This document shows, in pieces, positions 38,696 through 52,642 of a stretch of 64,000 nt of DNA (positions are counted from its first letter, which is position 1; each line of letters opens with the position of its first letter). The stretch is taken from contig NW_025766002.1 in the NCBI RefSeq assembly GCF_003918875.1, forward strand, positions 248,001 through 312,000. The letters run 5' to 3'. The stretch is from Haliotis rubra (Eukaryota). Both the position numbers and the translations under genes were made by a program. The notes beneath the pieces are model-generated. The model had not been told where the DNA came from. It did not search any database and saw nothing but the letters and a program-made list of their open reading frames with translations.

Positions 38696-39017
38696 GGTTT
38701 ACAACACGACAATAGGAACGGCATGACTGAAGCAAGTTGGCGACAAGTAGGGAGTTTTCAACCTATTTTCACTAATTACATTTTCCAATTCCACAATGGC
38801 GGGCATAAATTTACATCTGAGCGCGGGCACACCTCTGTCGTTCTCTTTGTTGACGTATACCAAAGAAAACATCCTGAGATGCACGATATGCACCCAAAAG
38901 ATGATACCATATTAGACATCAACCAAACATTAGAACGACAAAGTATGCACACTTAGCTTCAGAGGGATTGAAAGATAAACTACACGTTTTTTTCTATTAT
39001 CGTGTATTTTTCTCTTT

Positions 39018-39049
39018 GTGTGTGCGTGCGTACGTGCGTGCGTGCGTGT

Positions 39050-39096
<47 letters not shown>
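39018..39096. repeat. (GTGC)n(GA)n microsatellite
   Basis: Direct reading. Confidence 0.95.
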
Positions 39097-39204
39097 TGTT
39101 AATCTGATATACAGTGAGCCGACGGAATATGACTATTTCTACGCTCAGAATTATTGTGTCGTATTCTGTGAAATCTTCATGACCTATGACTTTATCATAA
39201 TCAT

Positions 39205-39690
39205 GTGTTCATGATTCATCATCAGTGATCATCAGGTGTTCACTAACAGGTGAGCGTATACTGTCACAGCATGTGGCACTTGTCATAAACACATTCAAAG
39301 GCAAGTATGTTCTTCCCCCTAAGTAAAATTAGGCAATAGCATCAGGCATTCTTGTCTCTAATGCCTCAAATTTTGTCCACGACGTACCGTTTTTGAAAAG
39401 GTTTACTGCAATTTTGAACATAACTCTGATCAATATCGTTTACGTAAGGGTCGTATTCCGCTCCTTGGAGTCTTCTCAGAACAGCATGCTCGATGGCACC
39501 GTATAATGTTGTGGAATGCAGACACGAAAGACTGGCGCTGCTGGAATAATGCTTGACATCAAGAGGAAGTTGAAGTCGTCGATCCCACATGTCATCAAGT
39601 GTTGTGAATCGGCTTTTGTCGCTCTTAATGTTTATGTACATATCTAGATAGGAAACACATCAGGTCTCACTGGTCTCTTTTATTTAGAAG
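39205..39690 (-). pseudogene. Penelope-like RT C-terminal remnant plus 3' terminal motif
   Basis: IKETSET*CVSYLDMYINIK...FTT, RAC, KPFQK; overlaps in homology with 18485-18540; followed by GAACACCTGATGATCACTGA motif. Confidence 0.7.
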
Positions 39691-40204
39691 GTTGTCGCTA
39701 ATATATATACATTGTAATATTCTTGATGTTTATTATATTTCTGTTATATATGATTTATTTAACCAGTGTTGGTACGCTAAGGGATTCACGGATCTATTTG
39801 AACGCAGTTCTGTCTTCAGTGATTTCAAGCTTGACGATTTTTTAAAATAGTTGCCCGGTAATCGAATAATTCACCTAACTTTCTGGTATGACCTTCAGAT
39901 ATGACCTTCACGTAAGCTCCACAGGTATCAATTGATCCAGTGGTGAAGCAAATTATGATCACATACGTCATTTTTCATTGTAGAGAAGGTATTTCATTTT
40001 ATGACTTCAACATTAATATTTAGAATCACATTTTCGGTGCCTGAAATGCGGATACAAATAACTGTATGACTGATGTTCGATAATGACAAGTGTGAACTCA
40101 AATGAGCGAGCGAACAACGCAAGAAACTGTATCAGCTACTTATAATGATTTCGAGACACCCATAATGTCGACACGTAACGTCTAAACAATACTGTGCTCA
40201 CTCG

Positions 40205-40292
40205 TATCATGCTGCTGATTACCGGACTGTCTGGTCCAGACTCGATGTGTTACTGACAGCCGTCATATAGCTGGAATATGGTTGAGTGCGAC
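40205..40292 (+). mobile_element. SINE-like family B 3' fragment
   Basis: CATGCTGCTGATTACCGGACTGTCTGGTCCAGACTCGAT...CCGTCATATAGCTGGAATA. Confidence 0.8.
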
Positions 40293-40813
40293 ATCAACAT
40301 CCAAATCCAAACACGTACCAATATTCCAATGGCATCTATTAGACCGGTGTTATTTATACACATTGTGTGAGTGACGGGTGCTACTGGTTGGGCAGGGCAT
40401 ACTTACCCTTTATGAATCACATCAAATAGTAATAAGACCAGGTATGAATTAAACGTCCATCAACCTTAATGATCAGTTGGTTATATCTTAGTGCCAAAAT
40501 TAAATAGCACTACCCGTGCGTGTGTCAACTGCCTCATTCTGTCGATGTCATCGAATATATCGAATGTCGACGTCACCGAATACAATGTATTTTGAATTGT
40601 GCATTTATTTGAATCATGTTTAAATTGCAACATTTAAAAATGTCCATGCATCGATTCGGGATATCCGATAAATCAAAGTTCGACACAACGTTTCATGTCT
40701 AGGTCTCTATTTGACATAGTACAATTAAACACTCTTATAGTTTCTGTAGCTTGTTTCTTTGTGTCGTCTTTCGTCTGTGTGTTATTTTCATCGAACTCAG
40801 TATCCGAAAATGT

Positions 40814-41215
40814 AAAAACAGTAGAATACTTTATGGATAACAACTTCTTTATTTATTATGATGCGAGGTTTCGGTATAGCTTCTTTTACCGTTGTCAAGC
40901 AAGAGTAAAGTAATACAGCACAGAACCGACTTATATACATGTAACAGGGATTAAGTAAGACAACATGGGGAATATATCAAAGGGATTAACAACAACAACA
41001 ATGGAATAGGTAATAATACAATAACAATGGGAGGAAGCCAATGTGGAGGAGGCGACATGTATATAAGTCGGTGCTGTATTGCTTTACTCTTGCTTGACAA
41101 CGGTATACGAAGCTATACCGAAACGTCGCATCATAATAAATAAAGAAGTTGTTATCCATAAAGTATCATACTTTTCTATTATCCATCTACTTCTAAAATG
41201 CCAATCAAACAGATC
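40814..41215 (+). mobile_element. Non-autonomous Penelope-like fold-back element, second subfamily
   Basis: Perfect 12-bp TSD ATCCGAAAATGT (40802-40813, 41216-41227); inverted arms 40826-40942 and 41055-41166; hammerhead-like core, AATAAA (41135-41140), tail CTTCTAAAATGCCAATCAAA. Confidence 0.82.
41088..41133 (+). ncRNA. Putative minimal type I hammerhead ribozyme, U3-A8 variant
   Basis: Stem I TGC/GCA, TTGACAA(41094-41100)-C, stem II GGTATA/TATACC, GAAA(41120-41123), CGTC; predicted cleavage after 41127. Confidence 0.62.
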
Positions 41216-44200
41216 ATCCGAAAATGTTTCATCTTATCTATCAGTTTATATTGCTATATTATTATTTCAAATACTTCACGCCCAAAGTTTGAATTATCTG
41301 AAACCTTATTACTGAACGTATGAATTTTCATATTTATCCTCTATTGTTCGACATCGGGGTATTGCAACTTCAAAGGAAATTCATACAATCGGTCAAGTTG
41401 TTGTAGTAAACCAAACATTTATTTACATATTATTACTGGGTAGCTTTTAATATCACGTAAACTTGTGAATAAATATTGTTACATACATATTCATTCAAAT
41501 ATTTCTTAACACTGAACACTCTTTCCTTATAAAAGGACAAAAGTTGGTCGAAAAGTAGGATCTATAAAGTGCGAAACATATTTCGCAGAAATATTACCTT
41601 CATTAAAGCTTACCCGTCGGTTTATTAGTGTCAACTTGTGTAGACCTATATTGTCCTTTAATCATACATGTTGTTTAAAAGCCAATCAGCACACGGCGGC
41701 GAATATTTGGTAGAGAATGAGACGTTGCCAAGGAAACCAACTTCACTAAATGTATTCACACCAGTCGATGAAATAGAATAAAAAAACATAAGATGGGACC
41801 GAAACTTATAATTTGTGAATCGAAGGCCGGTCTTAAGGGACCCTTGCTGTTTTAAGGGTTTTAAGAGAAGGTAAAAAGCTTCCTAATTTCACAAATATCA
41901 ATTGATTTCTATTTAGGTGACATACGCTGGTGGTTGTTGAAGAGGCCGCGGATTGAATATAATTTAACGCTAGAAACATCACAGATAGACATCTCAAGAA
42001 TCTAAAAACGCCTGTGACAGCCTGTCTCAAATTAATAATAACCATGAAGAATGAGGTGTGCGAAAAAAATATAACTCCACATTAGAATTGATCTGTTCTA
42101 CGGGCACTATTCGAAAGAACATAGAGCCTATGGTGAGCAAACTGGCCACTAGTTGTAAACAGCTGTGAATTCGATGTAATTTATGTTTATTTTTAGTTAA
42201 TAAAAAAAACTTCCTAACGCGCATCGCGTCATTTCAGTTTGTGGAAATAAAGCATTGTTAAAATATGTTTGAAGAAAGCTATGAACAATATTTTAACCAA
42301 AAGAAAGCCAATGCATTTAAAATACTTTACAGCAACTTTTCTGTTCAACAGTTTGATTGGTGCATTCTTTGATCGTGATCTGGGCGATTATACATCCGAA
42401 TGTTGAAACATTTTAGGGGAATTGATATAATATATGTCAGTAATCTTAAGAGGAAATTAATAACATTTACACGTTCTTATAGCTGATTGTCATATTACAG
42501 AAATGAATTGATTAAGTAAATATATAAATTCTATGAGAAAGAAGTAAGTTTCGTAAGGCTGGTTTTGATTCACAGAAAAGTGGCATAATTCGTGGTCCAA
42601 AGCCGTCTTATATGACACAGATACAATGCCCTTGAAAGTTAAAAAAAAGTAAGTGAAAGGGTGCAGTTTGGTCAGAGGCATACAAAGCTAACGCTCCCAC
42701 TTAACAGTGTACATATCTATGAAGACCACCGAGTGCACACAATATATTTAGCCAAACTCCGTGCCAATAATAGCGTGTAAGGGAACAACATGAGAGGTGT
42801 GATACAGGGGGTGCTCCTAAGTCCCTTTTTTTCTTTAATGTTTGCGGAGATGTCATGCCGCTTAGTTGGGGGTCCGCGAAGTTTGCTCATCCAGCGTTCT
42901 GAGCCTCTAGCGTTGGCTGTCAATCTATTGTGTGACATTTTCGTTTGCATTGTACAAAGATTTGTTTGAAAGTCATTTAGAGAGGTCAGCTTTACGTTTT
43001 ACGCTATGGCTACCAATGAGGGATTTAGTGTAATTTCATGGTCAGTTTGTAGTTGATTGTCTACTTGTGTAACTCTCTCGGTAAGGGTCACTGAAATTGG
43101 TTAAAAATAACTAATTATAACACATAGAGCACGTAACCCCATTCAGTTAGAATAATAAGGTATATGAGAAACGTTTAAGCTGTGATAAGCTTTTAGAAAC
43201 TAAACATCAAAAAGGCATGATTTTACAATGAAATAAATACGGTAACAACCTACGTTTTGCCTTTGCGTTTTTCAGTATACCAAACATTATAATTGTTCTT
43301 GTGATGCAATCACTAAATGACCAAACTATCTAAATATCAAGATGGATTAACTCATCGAATTGATGTCTAATTTTATATGCTTGATATTACATCACAAATA
43401 CTTTTATGTTAGCAAATAAGTAAAACAAACTTTATATGAAATTTGATATTCCTGCACAGATCAATACTTTTAAAACTACATTCAATTAAATCCAGACATA
43501 CTCAAGATCAGACAATATTTCCTTCTTTTTTCTCCCACAGAGGAATGACGTAGCGGCATATGAACACAAAACATACAATTCTTGACATATCCCGATTTCT
43601 TAAGACTTTACCCATTACACTCTACATATATAGACCCGGTATCGATTTAAATAACTATAACTACGACCTGCCGTACACGTCTGTCAAAATATGTCATTAT
43701 TCTTAGGAACTTTATCCCATTCATCACTCGGCTATATATTTACATTGCCTTGAAAGTGAAAGCAAACAAATCGAAGCGAGCACTCAGTCACCTAAATCAC
43801 CATATTGTTTAGGTGGGTGATTTTAGGTGCAAGTTTAAATAATGGTTGCAACAATTCTTTATACTAGTTTGCTATTGTAGCGCCTAAACAATAGGAAAAA
43901 TTAAGTAGTGACCAAACCACGACGGCAATGGAAATATTCTGCTGGGCTAGAACCGTGAGAAGGCAGGTTATGATTAGTAATCCAACCCAGGCGCGAGTCC
44001 GAGACGAGAAATGTAATTGGCTCAGAACAAAACCTGCCTCCCACAAACAATGTAAAGTTAAAAAGCTTAAAGGTGCTGAAACATAATATTAATACAATTG
44101 TTATTCTCCATTGTGTGGAAAGTGTTCAGGAACAGTGCAGGGTCAAGTTAGCGAACTTGGCCAACTCGTAGATAAAAGACCACAATAGAAGATTTTTGAA

Positions 44201-44899
44201 ACTTTCTCAATACTGAAACGCATTATGTAAAAAGAAACCACATTTACTTTGTAACTGGGGGGTGTTCTCACAGTTTGGTTACGGGATCCAGTGCTGAACC
44301 TGCAGGTATGGTTTCTGAGTTATGGGAACAGCTGACTTTAGGTCCGAAACGAAAGATGCTACGGGTAATTGGTGGGAAAATATCATAAAAGGGACTACTT
44401 TTAACAATAAAGAGTAATTTTAAAGCAACTTCAATACTTGTTGAAACAGAATTACTAGGATGAACATCTTTGTCTGGCAATCCATTGTTACCCGATGACT
44501 AAGGCCAGGAGACAGTGATACTTATAACCAGGGCATTGTGTTTATTACAAACAGATGAGACATATATGGAATTGAACACCGTGACACATGTTAATTTTCT
44601 GCCTTGTCAGTCATGATTTGTAGATTTTAAACATGTAAAATGTAGGCTTGTTTTGTTTGGCTTGGAGAACACGAATATGAGTTGTGTACATCTGACTTCG
44701 ACTGTAATTATACTTTACGGTGTTTGTTATCAAGGTATTTATTACAGTGAGAAAAAATCTGTTAGTAAGATAACACAGTAGCAATGCCTTGTAATCAATC
44801 AACCGTGCAACCAATGACAAGCAAATGCGTCTTTCATGCGCATATAATCACTTGTAAATGTTTCATCGGCGTTCATGATTGATGGGATGTTTAAATGAA

Positions 44900-45800
44900 A
44901 GATTGAGGTGATTTTGTCCTGATTAAGTGATAATTTCAAATGGTAACATATATGATCTTTTTGTATAAATATACTGCGAGAATCTCCATTGTACGTTATC
45001 AAAACAAACTGATATAAACGTATGAACAAATAATATTCAATTATTGTTTTAAAGAGAAACATGTATTTTTTTCGAAATGCTTCATCGTGATTTATGGAAA
45101 GGGAGTTGATGTTTTATTTATTATCATTACAATTGTAACATTCATATCCCTTTTGAGAGGAGACACTTCATCGATGAAGTATTAACAAAGGCATAATAGA
45201 AATAATCCCTCAGACATCAATAAGCAAATGCTCATACTCATCCGCCCTGGAAGAGGTATTGAAACACGGTGCTGTCCGTACTTCTTGAAATCCTTCTGTC
45301 CAAAGATTACCATTGACAGAAGTAACAATATAACTCGAACACATCTGAGTTACTGTCTGCCTAAGAGATTACGGGTGAGTCCTGACATTGTTTTACTTTG
45401 TTTTGTTATTGTGAATCAATAACGGACATAGATCAAAGTACATGTACAATACAATGCAGCTTTCACCGCTTGGTTGTACCGTGCTCCGAATACAAGCTTG
45501 TAATCCAATCTTCAAACGAAATGCCATTTTATTGCATTATCGGACAAGAGGTTTTCGATAAGGAAAATGAAAAATTACAAAGAAGTAAAACTCGTTGGAT
45601 TGTCTGTTCTATGCAATAGTTGAACAGATTTCAAAGACCAATGCGGGAGTATGGATCGGAGACAAGTGTCTCGTCATGTTGACTGAGCGGTTAACAAGGT
45701 GTATAGATTTACAACCATCTATTTCGTTTCATTACACAATCGTTCGTTTGGACCCGCGCATCTCTCAACGCAGATTAAAACCACAGTATGATAGTCCACG
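44900..45800 (+). pseudogene. Highly decayed L1/Tx1-like LINE ORF2 remnant
   Basis: Colinear traces: DN...YDL (~44930-44960), FEKAF-like TTCGAAATGCTTC (~45071), RPGRGI...CPYF...NNI (45240-45330), W..KCL..ERLT..I...S..Y....DP (45650-45755); frameshifted. Confidence 0.4.
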
Positions 45801-46313
45801 ATGCTGAAATATTTAGATAACATATATGAAACAATACGATATGGACAAAAACATTCTTTCAAAAAAGGGTCACACATATTTATAAAAGGCGTACAAAATT
45901 ATTCTGAATGTCAACAACTCCGACATATGTGCACTTTTGTCATTCATGTAATAGCATCCAGCATATGTACATCGCGACGGTCATAGTGCAAATATATTTG
46001 CAGAGTTGACATGATAATAAATCCCAGTTGGAGATAAGCGAGCTATCTATTGTATGATACATATCTCATATATCATCTTTCCACCATCTCCTATATTTCC
46101 TGTTTTGAATAAGCAGCACTAAACATATTTTGTTGGTTCATTTACTGACCAACACTTCAAGGATATCAAATGTTGAATTCAAATTTTAAAATTTTGTAAG
46201 GCTTTTGCAGGTGGTAAACGGCCCCGAAGCATTTAGAAGCATCTTGATAATTAGCAATAACAGCTTCATCCATGCAGATTAAACGTCCATCATGATTCCT
46301 GCTAAGTCCGTTC

Positions 46314-46366
46314 ACGTCATTGACGTACCCTGCTCAGGTCATTTTATTGACCTCAGGTCATGACCT
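46314..46366. promoter_or_regulatory. Cluster of four perfect AGGTCA half-sites plus an ACGTCA-n-TGACGT palindrome
   Basis: AGGTCA 46336-41, TGACCT 46348-53, AGGTCA 46355-60, TGACCT 46361-66; function unproven. Confidence 0.3.
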
Positions 46367-47459
46367 TATCGTCCCTCCAGCCCAATGACCGACCCACCCT
46401 CTTAATTTTTCCAGGATACATGCGACCAGCCATAGTTTTTGTACAGGATGTAAGCGGTCATTTTTGAATGAGGCTTGGAGAGGGTCGCTTAACTCAATGA
46501 TACTGTATGAAGACCTTTCATTGTTGCTGCAAGTAGAGCCAAGGGCTATCATACTGATATGAGCTCGTGTCTTTGACAATTTCTTTTCTTGCCTTGTCCC
46601 CAAACCTTTTGAATTCCCCTAGTCGCTCGTGAATCCGCACACTGTCCAGCAGTCTCATTAAGACTGGACTAAGTGTAGGTTTCACGGACATGTGGGTTTG
46701 CTGGACAATGCGGGTGGACTGGTCAGAAAACAATGCCCATTACTAGCCCTTTATCAGCAGACCTACAATGCGATTTTTTCTTCTGGAGAATATTGCTAAC
46801 ACAAAATATGTTTGCTACGTTGTCAAAGAAATTTGCCTTTTCCGTTTCCCCTCGGGTTTTTAGGCAGAGTTCATTAAGCCTACATAAAGAGCTGGTTTCA
46901 TGCAGTCCGTCTGTGTTTAAGGTGACATCTCAGTCACCTTTGTAGAGTGATTGTTGTCATATCAGATGTATTTTAAACACCTGGAGAACATCAATGGCTA
47001 CTTACCTATGCCTCTATATGCATATAAATAACGGAAATTGAAGATTGACAGATGGCTGAATTTTCAACAACCGCATAATAAATCTTCTACGCCGGTTCTA
47101 GTGTGCTATGATATATAGTGTGTTTGTGTTCGATTTAGCCATATACAATGATATTCTTAATTTAAGCATCAGAGAAAATTTGTTTCTATTCTGTGATTTT
47201 TATTCCAGAGAGTAAATAGGTAAAACACTATCAAATACAGTGTATGCATCATTAAGGTTTCTTCTCAGGAACAAGTGGCATTTGATACTCCAAGTAACTA
47301 CTGGTACTTTATGCAAAAGTTGATTGTGCAATCATTAATCCGATTAATCTGAATATTTTTACAGAACTAACTCTAATGACCGAAGTATTTTCATGGACTA
47401 AGGTGCGACCTTACGCAGCAACAAAATCCAACACTTTCCAAAACCATGGCTTGAGAATC

Positions 47460-48019
47460 AGGTGCTACCGGAGAGAAGAATATGCTTATATAATTACCAT
47501 TTTCCCCTGAACACCTGGTGTCATCACTGATAGTGATCCATTCATAAACTTTTTACTTCATCTGTACCTCTTGCGACCTATGGCATTGGTCTTAGCAGAT
47601 AATCAAGACTGATTTTATCTATATGGCGTTGACGTTTTGGATTTTATAAGCAAATACATTTTAGTAGTAATCAGCCTCGTAAAATTTACATGATATTTAT
47701 GGCCACATATATACCATCAATACACTCAGCTTTACCTTCATTCTTTCAATAATTCTTACTATTCATGTATTTCTGAGGCATATTGACTCTTGTCCGTTAG
47801 AATAGGAAAATTAGTGAAGAAAAGAAGCACTATACATGGTATATTTCTTCAGGCAGATATTATGTTTCTATATCCAATTTCAAAACGGTAACATATGTAT
47901 AAAGAACCAAAAGAAATCTTCTGAAATGCTGATATTTAGATTTCGTACCGGTTGGGCAGCGCATTCTTACCCTTTCCGCGAACACCTGGTGTCATCACTG
48001 ATTTCAGTGATCCATTCAT
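47460..48019 (+). mobile_element. Two copies (47460-47546, 47945-48019) of the Penelope-like RT family 3' terminal motif
   Basis: TTACC...GAACACCTGGTGTCATCACTGAT..AGTGATCCATTCATA in both. Confidence 0.7.
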
Positions 48020-48907
48020 ATAATTTTCATAGCCAGTGTTCCTTCAATGCTGAAAGGAATCTGTTTTGAGGATAATCGAGACTGGATGGTCTTTCTCACT
48101 GACGCTTTATATATATTTGCGATACTAAGATGTTGTCTGTAAACGCTCTGAGGATTGGAATGGATCGATATTCTCATTGGGACAAAGTGGCATGTCAGAT
48201 CAACACGATCTCCTTATGAAAAAATTATTTAGCAGCATACATAACACCTATATATCTTGCATTTATTTGAATCTTTATTTTCATCAATAATATTATCATG
48301 CGTATTTTATACAGAACTGTTCTTCCCATTTGCTGTAGATATGCGTCTCTTAATTACAGTATGTACTAGTGATGGGCTAATCTCATTCTGTAAGAGTACG
48401 TCGGAATCGTTTCAGGGATTATGATAATAATTATAATTACGATAACCTGTTGTCAGGTGAGTAGAATGGTGTTCTATTTTTAGTATCAAGTATCACTGAT
48501 CAGTCACGTATTTAAACAGCCTTAAAACATTACATAGTTGATTTAACGCAATGGTTAATATGACCATGCAAAGCGGGATATATATCTAACTATGTCATTT
48601 ATTTATTTGTATGTCCAAATACACTTCAGGTTGGTGATATATACATGCACTCAGTTGCCTTAATCAGTGACGTAGCAATACGGATGGTCTGTACTGTAAA
48701 TACTGAGACTATATTCCGACAAAAAGCAACACACACTTACTTACACGATCACAATGTTCGTATTTATGTTTATGAATCCATTGTGAATGAAGGGGGCGCC
48801 TTGACCTATCTAAGATGACTAATCTATCAGCATATAATATTTCATTTTGTACATGTTTTCACCTGTTATGAGAAAGTACATACTTGTACATGCTCTCTAA
48901 CCCCTTT

Positions 48908-49056
48908 NNNNNNNNNNNNNNNNNNNNNNNNNNNNNNNNNNNNNNNNNNNNNNNNNNNNNNNNNNNNNNNNNNNNNNNNNNNNNNNNNNNNNNNNNNNNN
49001 NNNNNNNNNNNNNNNNNNNNNNNNNNNNNNNNNNNNNNNNNNNNNNNNNNNNNNNN
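48908..49056. other. Assembly gap
   Basis: Run of N. Confidence 1.
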
Positions 49057-49828
49057 CACAAGTACACACTTGATTTGATTGTCACTTGATGAAACTTTGA
49101 GTTATTTTCCGAGTACAAATATTGCACATCTTTCAGGTTTGCTGCAGACAAAGTAATTGGAGAGGTTGTATGCCACGTCTTTTTAACTGTATGACTCCAC
49201 AGGCTAGACGTTCTCAGATGTTTTTAACACATTTCTCAGTATAACATTTCTTCTGTCCTGAAGAGAGTCCTTTCTTCAGTTTGCATGAAAGTATTTGGTA
49301 ACTCATTTTGTTAAAAAATGTCCAGTATGGTTATATTCCCTGCAAGAGGTGCGGGATACACATCAAAGACCACACGGATCGGTATGGTTTATTGCAGCAA
49401 ATGTATTCGTTTATATGACTTACATTGGAGCTCTATTTGTTTATTAACGTAGTACCCCGGTACTGTTATATTTGTCTTGATTATATAAAACATCTTGAGA
49501 CCGATACCAGCCATTGGTAACATCTTTAGACGTTATTTTCGATTTTTGTGGAACTTGTTGCTTTTATGTATGGAATCAATGTACAACAAAACGTTCAATG
49601 ATTAAACTCATGTGAATCACCCACATCGATATTCTACTGCGTCCATAGTCACACACGGAGCTTGCTGGAAGAATCACATTTAAGCATAGATTACAGTAAA
49701 TATTTGCAATTCAGCACGAAAAATACTGACGTGGATTTGGGATAAAACGAAATACATCACAGCAGCACTCGATATATGACGTGTTGATTGTTGTACATAT
49801 TTTAAAGGACTTTGTGCTTTAGGTTTAG

Positions 49829-49905
49829 GCTGCTACCGTTGGGCGGAGATGATTACCTTTCTGTGAACACCTGGTGTCCTCACTGATCGTCAGTGCTCCA
49901 GTCAT
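49829..49905 (+). mobile_element. Copy of the same 3' terminal motif
   Basis: TGCTACCGTTGGGCGG...TTACCTTTCTGTGAACACCTGGTGTCCTCACTGATCGTCAGTG. Confidence 0.7.
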
Positions 49906-51611
49906 GTGGTGCTCACAGCTGATTTATCAGATGGTGTTGTTTGATGATCGAGACTAGTTGTTCTGTAGAGTTGGTCTTTTATATTTCATCTGAGTCCCTT
50001 GACTATATGATAGTTTTTCAACCCCATTAAATTCATAAGTGAATAAATGTATTTTTACTAAAGATATTCTAAAACGTTGACCAAAGGATTCAGTTAAAAC
50101 GTAATTTTTTCCCTGAGAAATAAAAAAGAACAGATTTCGAAAAACTTTTTAATTGCTTTCAAATCCCCTTTCAAGCATGTCCTACAAAATACCTTTACAA
50201 AAAAAAGAAAGAAAAGAAGACATGTGAATGTTGGCGTCTGAGAATTGCCAGCTCCCAACACTAAATCTTCAGTTTAATTTCAGGTCACCTGCCTCCGACA
50301 TGCAGTGAATGGATCATGTAAAATCGCAAAGAGAACTTGGTGAAGAGAGAAACACAAAAAGCGCAAATTAACTAGAAGATAAAAACGTACGAGTGGAAAA
50401 CCAAAGGGCGATTTTCGGAAACGAATTAGGATTTCGTAGGCATTTCGCTAGATTAGCTGAAACGGAAAATGATCCTTACATTTATTGTGTCGATCAAGTG
50501 ACATTTTCTTAATAATATCGACAGTGCGACGACGGTCGCCTATTGTTCACTGTTATTTCTTCCCCTTCGATGACAGTTGCTGTCTTGTCAATTTCATACG
50601 AAATACACAAGCATTCTGCAAGTCGGCTTCTAATGATTACTCGATTCAGATTTTCGCGAATTTAATCACACTTATCAATCAAGATTTTGGCGATGGCTGC
50701 AAAACTCGTGATCCCTTCCCCCCTGGTCAGCGCTGTCTCCCGGGACTATTTAGTCTCGCGCAACAGAATAAATTTATTTTGTGTTGGGCACCGGGGACTG
50801 ATCACGGAAGCGGAAATATACATGCGAAGAGATCCGTTTCTGATTAGAGGAAACTTTCAATCAAACATTTATATTAGACACATTATTCTTTCCAATCGAG
50901 CTACAGTGAGAAGCAATAGTTGCATGACAGATAGATAGAAGAGTTGGGAGTAATTTCAACAATTATTGAAGACATCTGAAGTTTTTGTGTTCACTTTAAT
51001 TAATCAAGCGTTAACGCACGCCAGAATCAGTGAAGCGTGTTAGATTAAGGAGGAAGAATATTGAAGGATTAAGCCCTCATTCACATTGCCGGATGGTTTA
51101 ATTATATTTCTTGGCCACAAAATGTCTTGTAAAATGTTCAAAATGTTCATCGGTGTTGCTTTATTGTGTTGTAAATTTTGTAGCTGAAATATTGCGACTT
51201 TGAGCTGGATGTGATTGAGGCATTTTCACGTTTTAATGAGATGATGTGCTGAATTAAAATTTAATTTATGCCCTCTTAACCGAGAATCCCAGCGTCAACA
51301 TACGTCTCATGTCAGCGATGCTGAGGGACACGTCTCCAACTGGCTGTAGTCAAATGATGGTTATTACACGTGTTTTTGATTAATGTTACTGTATTTAAAT
51401 GAAGTGTTTGTGTTTTAAATCTCTGTAACTTTAATGTATCGTGCAAGTTAATGACTCAGTGTTTTCGGACATTCATTATCTTAATGTTTTAGGCACATTC
51501 ATTTTAACGCTGACTGATTATCAACTTATAGAATATCAAAACGATGCCCTTTAATAGATGTGATCTACTGTGGTGTACATGTATTATGTTCTAAAGAACA
51601 AATTCTGTTTT

Positions 51612-51766
51612 AGTGAGCGAGTGAGTGAGTGAGTTTAGTTTAAATGCTGGTTTTAGAAATATTCCAGTAATAATAGGTGGGGGACACCAGAAATGGGCTT
51701 CACACATTGTACCCATATGGGGAATCGAACCCGGATCTTCGAATTCGAACGCTTTAATCACTAGGG
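51612..51766 (-). mobile_element. SINE family A copy with (ACTC)n tail
   Basis: GGGGGACACCAGAAATGGGCTTCACACATTGTACCCATATGGGGAATCGAACCCGG is the reverse complement of the family A body. Confidence 0.9.
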
Positions 51767-52030
51767 CGTTCTGTTTGATCTTACTCATACTACATGTAAC
51801 AGAACATTTATAGATACAAAGAACTACATATATTCGTGATATAAAGTTATATTTATCACTTGGATGTTAAAATAGAGAAGAAGGAATGAAAAGACTTAGA
51901 GCCTTCGACGAAAGGTCTTTGTTGGTCCGACCAATGATCCGAGCTATCAGTGCATGGCGTTTTAATCAATAATAATGTACACATACATAATGTGTCCATA
52001 CTTATAATGTTTATCTACATATAGCTTTAT

Positions 52031-52218
52031 NNNNNNNNNNNNNNNNNNNNNNNNNNNNNNNNNNNNNNNNNNNNNNNNNNNNNNNNNNNNNNNNNNNNNN
52101 NNNNNNNNNNNNNNNNNNNNNNNNNNNNNNNNNNNNNNNNNNNNNNNNNNNNNNNNNNNNNNNNNNNNNNNNNNNNNNNNNNNNNNNNNNNNNNNNNNNN
52201 NNNNNNNNNNNNNNNNNN
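52031..52218. other. Assembly gap
   Basis: Run of N. Confidence 1.
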
Positions 52219-52224
52219 CGCAAC

Positions 52225-52642
52225 ACTGATCCACCCAGTACCAACTATTGTCACATAGTACCCACCAGTGTCCACCCAATCCTCACATAGTATCCACCCA
52301 GTACCCATTAGTTTCCACCCAATCCTCACATAGTACCCACTACTGTCCACCCAATCCTCACATAGTCCCCACCCAGTACCCGCAAGTGTCCATCCAATGC
52401 TCACATAGTACCCACCCAGTACCCGCAAGTGTCCATCCAATGCTCACATAGTACCCACCCAGTACCCGCAAGTGTCCATCCAATGCTCACATAGTACCCA
52501 CCCAGTACCCGCAAGTGTCCATCCAATGCTCACATAGTACCCACCAAGTACCCGCAAGTGTCCATCCAATGCTCACATAGTACCCACCCAGTACCCACTA
52601 GTGTCCACCCAATCCTCACATAGTACCCACCCATTACCCACA
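52225..52642. repeat. 43-bp minisatellite (TCACATAGTACCCACCCAGTACCCGCAAGTGTCCATCCAATGC) with shorter variants, abutting a gap
   Basis: Period 43 (52401, 52444). Confidence 0.92.
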
